Positions 24,729-28,760 of a DNA stretch of 28,760 bases are shown in pieces (the stretch's first letter is position 1; the number at the start of each line of letters is the position of its first letter). Made by a program: the position numbers and the translations under genes. The notes under the pieces are model-generated. The model had not been told where the DNA came from. It did not search any database and saw only the letters and a list, made by a program, of their open reading frames with translations. This DNA is from a virus (taxonomy: Duplodnaviria; Caudoviricetes): IMG/VR virus record IMGVR_UViG_3300016265_000433, positions 1 to 28,760 of that record. One strand, given 5' to 3'.

Positions 24729-27700
24729 TCAGGGCGTCCCCTGAGCCGCTTTTTTGAATTGCCCCCGCGGCGTAGAGCAAACGTCTTTTGCCAGCATCAT
24801 AGTGTGATGGGCTACTTGACCGCCACGCTTGAGACCATACTTGGCTTGGCGCTCAAGCCCGAGCATGATGTTTTCAATCATGCGATCATCAATAGGTTGC
24901 ACTTGCTTCTGCTCGGTGAAGAGTTTGCGAGCAGTGTCTCTGCCCCCTTTTTCCAGAGAGTACGGATGGACAAGTTGCCCCCCGGCGGCGAGCTTGGCTA
25001 ACACGCGCTCCATGGCGGTTGGCATACCGTATTGGGTTTGAACCAAAGGAAGATCACCAACATATCGACCAAGGGTTTCGGTCGGGTATGTTTGATGCAA
25101 GAAACGACGATCTGGAGAGATCGCTCCTTCAGTATCGAACCGCACAATTCGGTGCCCAATCGTGTTAGTCGGACTAGATAAAAGAGCCGGGTCTGTTACG
25201 GCGACGCGCGTGACGCCCACCTCTGGAAACCCCTGTTTGCGCCAACCGGTCGCTTCCATTGCTTTGATAAATTCACTGCGCTGAGTACCGGTCATTTTCT
25301 TTGCAAGATCCAAAACTACTTCTTGGCTTTTCAGTTTAGCAAGACCGGGCCAAATTTCTTGCATGCGTTCGGCGGTCTTCGGTCTATCGGCAACTTTTAT
25401 CGTAAAGTCGCCCCTGCGAACCATTTCGTCAAACTCCTTCATTGTTTTTTTGGTTATTTTGGCGGGAGGAATTTGCGACATCACAGCATTGAACATGCCA
25501 ACAGAGCTGTCGACCGCAGTTGGCCCCATCGGCGCGTAGACACCATAGACAGGCCCTTTCTTTGCCGCGTCGGCGATAATGTTATTGAAGCTGGTTGTGT
25601 GACCCGGGGCATTGGCCCAAACGAGCCCGGGGTTAGGCTCCAGCATATATTTTGGACCGGCATGCAATGGGACATCCCACGCAAGACGTTTTTCATTGTT
25701 GATGTCGCGAAGCAAGCCAAGATTAAGGCGATCGCCGCCCACATTAATCATGGTGCCACCTTTGGCTTCTTTTCCAAAATCTTCCCACGACATTGGTCTG
25801 GGCGTCACGGGCGTCACGCCGGGAAGCGGTGCGACGTCTGGGCGCACATCTTGAACACCCATCGTCGGTTTTCTACCGAAGAAACTACCGGGGGCATCAA
25901 ACTCTACGCCTTGCGGAATGCGATAAGACGAAGCTATTTCCAGTGCGCGGCGCACACTCTCCGGGTCTTCGCTGAACGGGCTCACAACACGATTTAATTC
26001 GGGACGAGCGTTTAGAATGGCGTTTTCAGGCGTACCGCTAATTACTCGCTTGACACCTGCTGGCACACGGAGCTTTGGCGCGGCTTCCGCTGATCCAATC
26101 GGATTTAGTTGTGACAAAAACGACAGCGCGCGATCCACAATACCGCGTCCCTCTTCTACTGCGCCACCATCGTCGAAGCCGCTGCGCATAGCACGCACCA
26201 CATCGTCGTGTGTAGTGACATCATTGCCAGCTTTGTCCCAAACAGCGTGGTGGGCGAGATGCTGGTAGAAAGGCTTGTACTGTCCCGGCGTCTCTAACGC
26301 CATCGCAGCCTGACGAGCGGCAAGCCGGTCCACGCCTTCTTGCCCCCCGACACCCCCTGCTCGCCTGATGAAAGGTGTTGCAGCTTTGGAGGGCTCACCG
26401 GTGTGCAGAATGATCTGGCGCGCATCGAGCGTTGGTAAGTCGCCGCGCCCGAGAAGAGAAGCGATGAAACCACTCTTCGACGGACCAATACCGCGAACAT
26501 CGCGCGTAAAGTCGCGCCACTCGCTCGGATCTGAAGCCATCTGTGCGCCGCGCGCGACAAGGTCCGACGCCGCCTTCTCGCGACCCGGAAGGTTTTGCGC
26601 CGCCCATTTCATGGCGTCAGGGATGTCTGTCTCATGCTTACCAAACGGAGCCATAATACGGACCGCCTGCGCAACCGTATCGGCGGAAATGTCTCCGCGC
26701 GCCGCCTCGCCAATAAACTTGCGCCCCATCGGCGTCATCAGCCACTCGGCCCACGCGCCCTCAGGACGAATCTTCTCATAGCCAGTGACCGGCAGGCCTG
26801 TTGCGCGCACTTTTTTTGGATCGACAGCCTGTCTCTGGATGCTCGCCCGCGTCGTAGTGTAAGCCCGAATTAGGTCTTCCGCCGACAAACCTTCTTTTGC
26901 GGCTTTTTCCGAAACTTCGCGCATGTAATCGCCAAAATTCTGCACATGCGGCGGAATTTCTGTAAGATTCAATTCTCGTTGAACAGTGGGCAAATCTCGC
27001 CACTTCCAATCTTCAATCTTGGTAGTCTTCGGATCAGTATATTCGCGAACCAAGTTTAATGCGCGCTTAATCACACCGCCCTTGTCATAACCCTCGATTC
27101 CTCCTCCTTCGGCCTTCTCTGGTGGCAACTCCGTCGCCCACTCAGGCAACAGGCCCGTCTTCTGTTCAGCGTAAATCGTATCGCCGCCGAGCGCCGTACG
27201 ATTGCGCTCGCCGTATGGCCCAAAATTGACCCATGAGTTTTGTCCGCGCGTCTCTGTGGCCGCTGCCGGGCGCGCTTCGGGCGAATACATGCGCGAGTGA
27301 AGCTGATACGCACGTTCTTCGCCGGGTGCCCGGAAGAACGGATTGCCCGGACCGAAGTGACCATAAAGATCATGCACAACACGGAAGGCATCGTTGACCA
27401 ATGCGTCCGGTTTGTCGCCAATGCGCCCCGCGCCTTTCAGCAGGGGATTGCTCGCGAGAAGGCCGCCGCTCGAGCCAAATCCTTGCTCCGTCGGAAAGAC
27501 GTAGAGCCTGCCGCGGTTCATGATGTCTTCGTAGCCAAGTGCCGGGCTTGCGGCGTAGGGGTCAGCTTGCCCGGGCTTCAGGAAACGAATGTCGAGCCCC
27601 GCCTCTTTCGCCGCGCGATACTGCGCCAGCGTCTCGTCAGCGAGAGCCTGATACGCACGACGCACGATCGGGTTCGCCGGGTCATGCTTCATCTCTTCGA

Positions 27701-28760
27701 ATGCGCCAGCAACCTGACGCGCGAAATCTTCATTCAACGGGACAAAGCGTTCGATGGCGTGCTCGTTTGGCCGCCCAACGCTGCGCATATAGTTGCTCGC
27801 GGCAGTCTCAAGCTCCGGGACTGGCCGCGCCTCAACCTTGCCAATTCCGGGAATGTTGACCGTTGCGGGAGCGCCGGGGATCGGCTCATAGCCGGATCCG
27901 GGCCGCTTCAATCGACCAATGTCCTCGGCCAGTTGCAGGGCGCGTTTGATGACGCTGCCGCCGGGCCCATAGCCCTCGACTTCGCCTCCCTCGGCGTAGC
28001 GTCGTTGGATATCGATGATGTTGGGATCGAAGACGACGTAGTTATGCGTCTGTTCCGGGCTCATTCTCAAACGAGAGACTTGGTCAAGATACTTGATGCC
28101 GGGTATACCTGCTTCAAGCATTGTTTCCGTCTCGCGCCTGTGAGACCCGGGGCCACGAAAACTCAGATACTTTGGCAATTCGCTCCCAAGCTCTGTCTCA
28201 GGTGCGTTTCGAAACAGGTCTTGAACCGTTTTATTCTGAGAAGCGAGTGGTTTGTCCCAATCAAGTAATTGTTCTGGCCGAGCATTGATGTTGACTTCGT
28301 ACATGTGGCCGCGGCTTACCGGCTCAACACGAAAATCTTCGCGGCGAAGATTACGCACAATGTTGAGGACATCAACCAACTGTCGCGAGCGCTCAGGGTC
28401 ATTGTTTGTCTGGTTTAGAATTGTTTCCAGCATACGCTCACGATTTGAGCGCATTGCATCAAACCCGTAGAAAGGTGCCTCGCGATCAATACCAAGCAGC
28501 GTCTGCCCGGGCATCGAGTTGATATCTACCGGCTCACCGCGAAACATCGGCGTCATCACTGGCTGTCCAGAAAGATGATCACGGTATTCGCGAGCGACAG
28601 CTTCATTTCCTGCAAAATAAAGACCGCGACCGTAAGATTGATTACCTTGCCCCGTCCCAATCTTGGATGCGTCGAATTTTTCAAACTTATGCGGAGATCC
28701 GTGATAGGCACGAATGAAATCCAAAGCTTTTTTTATCGCACCGCCCTTGTCATAACCCTC
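24729..28760 (-). CDS. Large polyvalent multi-domain protein, 5'-truncated: ART-like, zincin-like, HhH-GPD glycosylase-like and unknown domains joined by xxGG linkers
   Basis: The frame is open to the window edge (EGYDKGGAIKKALDFIRAYHGS...), so the track's TTG start at 28724 is not the real start. Motifs: YHGS..GRGLYFA..NYVVFD; FRVVHDLYGH..GEERAY..H; VRGIGPSKSGF..DLPTLD. Confidence 0.8.
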   Translation of the reverse strand, partial: EGYDKGGAIKKALDFIRAYHGSPHKFEKFDASKIGTGQGNQSYGRGLYFAGNEAVAREYRDHLSGQPVMTPMFRGEPVDINSMPGQTLLGIDREAPFYGFDAMRSNRERMLETILNQTNNDPERSRQLVDVLNIVRNLRREDFRVEPVSRGHMYEVNINARPEQLLDWDKPLASQNKTVQDLFRNAPETELGSELPKYLSFRGPGSHRRETETMLEAGIPGIKYLDQVSRLRMSPEQTHNYVVFDPNIIDIQRRYAEGGEVEGYGPGGSVIKRALQLAEDIGRLKRPGSGYEPIPGAPATVNIPGIGKVEARPVPELETAASNYMRSVGRPNEHAIERFVPLNEDFARQVAGAFEEMKHDPANPIVRRAYQALADETLAQYRAAKEAGLDIRFLKPGQADPYAASPALGYEDIMNRGRLYVFPTEQGFGSSGGLLASNPLLKGAGRIGDKPDALVNDAFRVVHDLYGHFGPGNPFFRAPGEERAYQLHSRMYSPEARPAAATETRGQNSWVNFGPYGERNRTALGGDTIYAEQKTGLLPEWATELPPEKAEGGGIEGYDKGGVIKRALNLVREYTDPKTTKIEDWKWRDLPTVQRELNLTEIPPHVQNFGDYMREVSEKAAKEGLSAEDLIRAYTTTRASIQRQAVDPKKVRATGLPVTGYEKIRPEGAWAEWLMTPMGRKFIGEAARGDISADTVAQAVRIMAPFGKHETDIPDAMKWAAQNLPGREKAASDLVARGAQMASDPSEWRDFTRDVRGIGPSKSGFIASLLGRGDLPTLDARQIILHTGEPSKAATPFIRRAGGVGGQEGVDRLAARQAAMALETPGQYKPFYQHLAHHAVWDKAGNDVTTHDDVVRAMRSGFDDGGAVEEGRGIVDRALSFLSQLNPIGSAEAAPKLRVPAGVKRVISGTPENAILNARPELNRVVSPFSEDPESVRRALEIASSYRIPQGVEFDAPGSFFGRKPTMGVQDVRPDVAPLPGVTPVTPRPMSWEDFGKEAKGGTMINVGGDRLNLGLLRDINNEKRLAWDVPLHAGPKYMLEPNPGLVWANAPGHTTSFNNIIADAAKKGPVYGVYAPMGPTAVDSSVGMFNAVMSQIPPAKITKKTMKEFDEMVRRGDFTIKVADRPKTAERMQEIWPGLAKLKSQEVVLDLAKKMTGTQRSEFIKAMEATGWRKQGFPEVGVTRVAVTDPALLSSPTNTIGHRIVRFDTEGAISPDRRFLHQTYPTETLGRYVGDLPLVQTQYGMPTAMERVLAKLAAGGQLVHPYSLEKGGRDTARKLFTEQKQVQPIDDRMIENIMLGLERQAKYGLKRGGQVAHHTMMLAKDVCSTPRGQFKKAAQGTP
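27074..28760. repeat. Identical 22-bp direct repeat CACCGCCCTTGTCATAACCCTC at two inter-domain linkers
   Basis: Copies at 27074-27095 and 28739-28760; the second reaches the window edge and may be longer. Both encode EGYDKGG. Confidence 0.9.

Noticed and set aside
28722-28724. TTG start of the 1331-aa ORF
   Set aside because: The frame stays open to the window edge and encodes another linker copy, so the gene starts outside the window.
1-28760. CRISPR array, tRNA/rRNA, integrase/transposase or diversity-generating retroelement
   Set aside because: I saw no regularly spaced repeats, cloverleaf, recombinase or reverse-transcriptase motifs, and no adenine-specific template/variable repeat pair. 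Intergenic gaps are all under 200 bp.

Overview
This window is the virion-morphogenesis half of a GC-rich, podovirus-like tailed phage. The gene order resembles uncultured HTVC010P-like or alphaproteobacterial phages (inference). All credible genes are on the minus strand and many overlap by TGATG or ATGA. In transcription order (right to left) they are: a truncated multi-domain 'polyvalent' protein (ART-like, zincin-like, HhH-GPD glycosylase-like and one unknown domain); a basic protein rich in KxGG repeats; a small coiled-coil protein; GroES; scaffold; a conserved head protein; a terminator, promoter and structured leader; cement-like protein; major capsid protein; small basic proteins; minor structural proteins; adaptor 1; a Zn-finger protein; a 1475-aa tail fibre; a gp38-like polyglycine adhesin; a second fibre; a holin/GH108 lysis cassette; adaptor 2; a P22 gp10-like nozzle with nested beta-repeats; a 198-aa protein; a GNAT; and a truncated ejection-type protein. 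That last gene is absent from the ORF track and carries an internal S74 auto-cleavage motif. The most striking unexplained pattern is a shared [YFKRML]-[AK]-x-G-G peptide motif found about 30 times across five otherwise unrelated proteins. In the polyvalent protein the motif sits exactly at domain boundaries, and two of these boundaries share an identical 22-bp DNA repeat. This suggests a di-glycine tagging or processing system for virion cargo with shuffleable effector cassettes. All functional calls come from motif recognition by eye; no searches were run.
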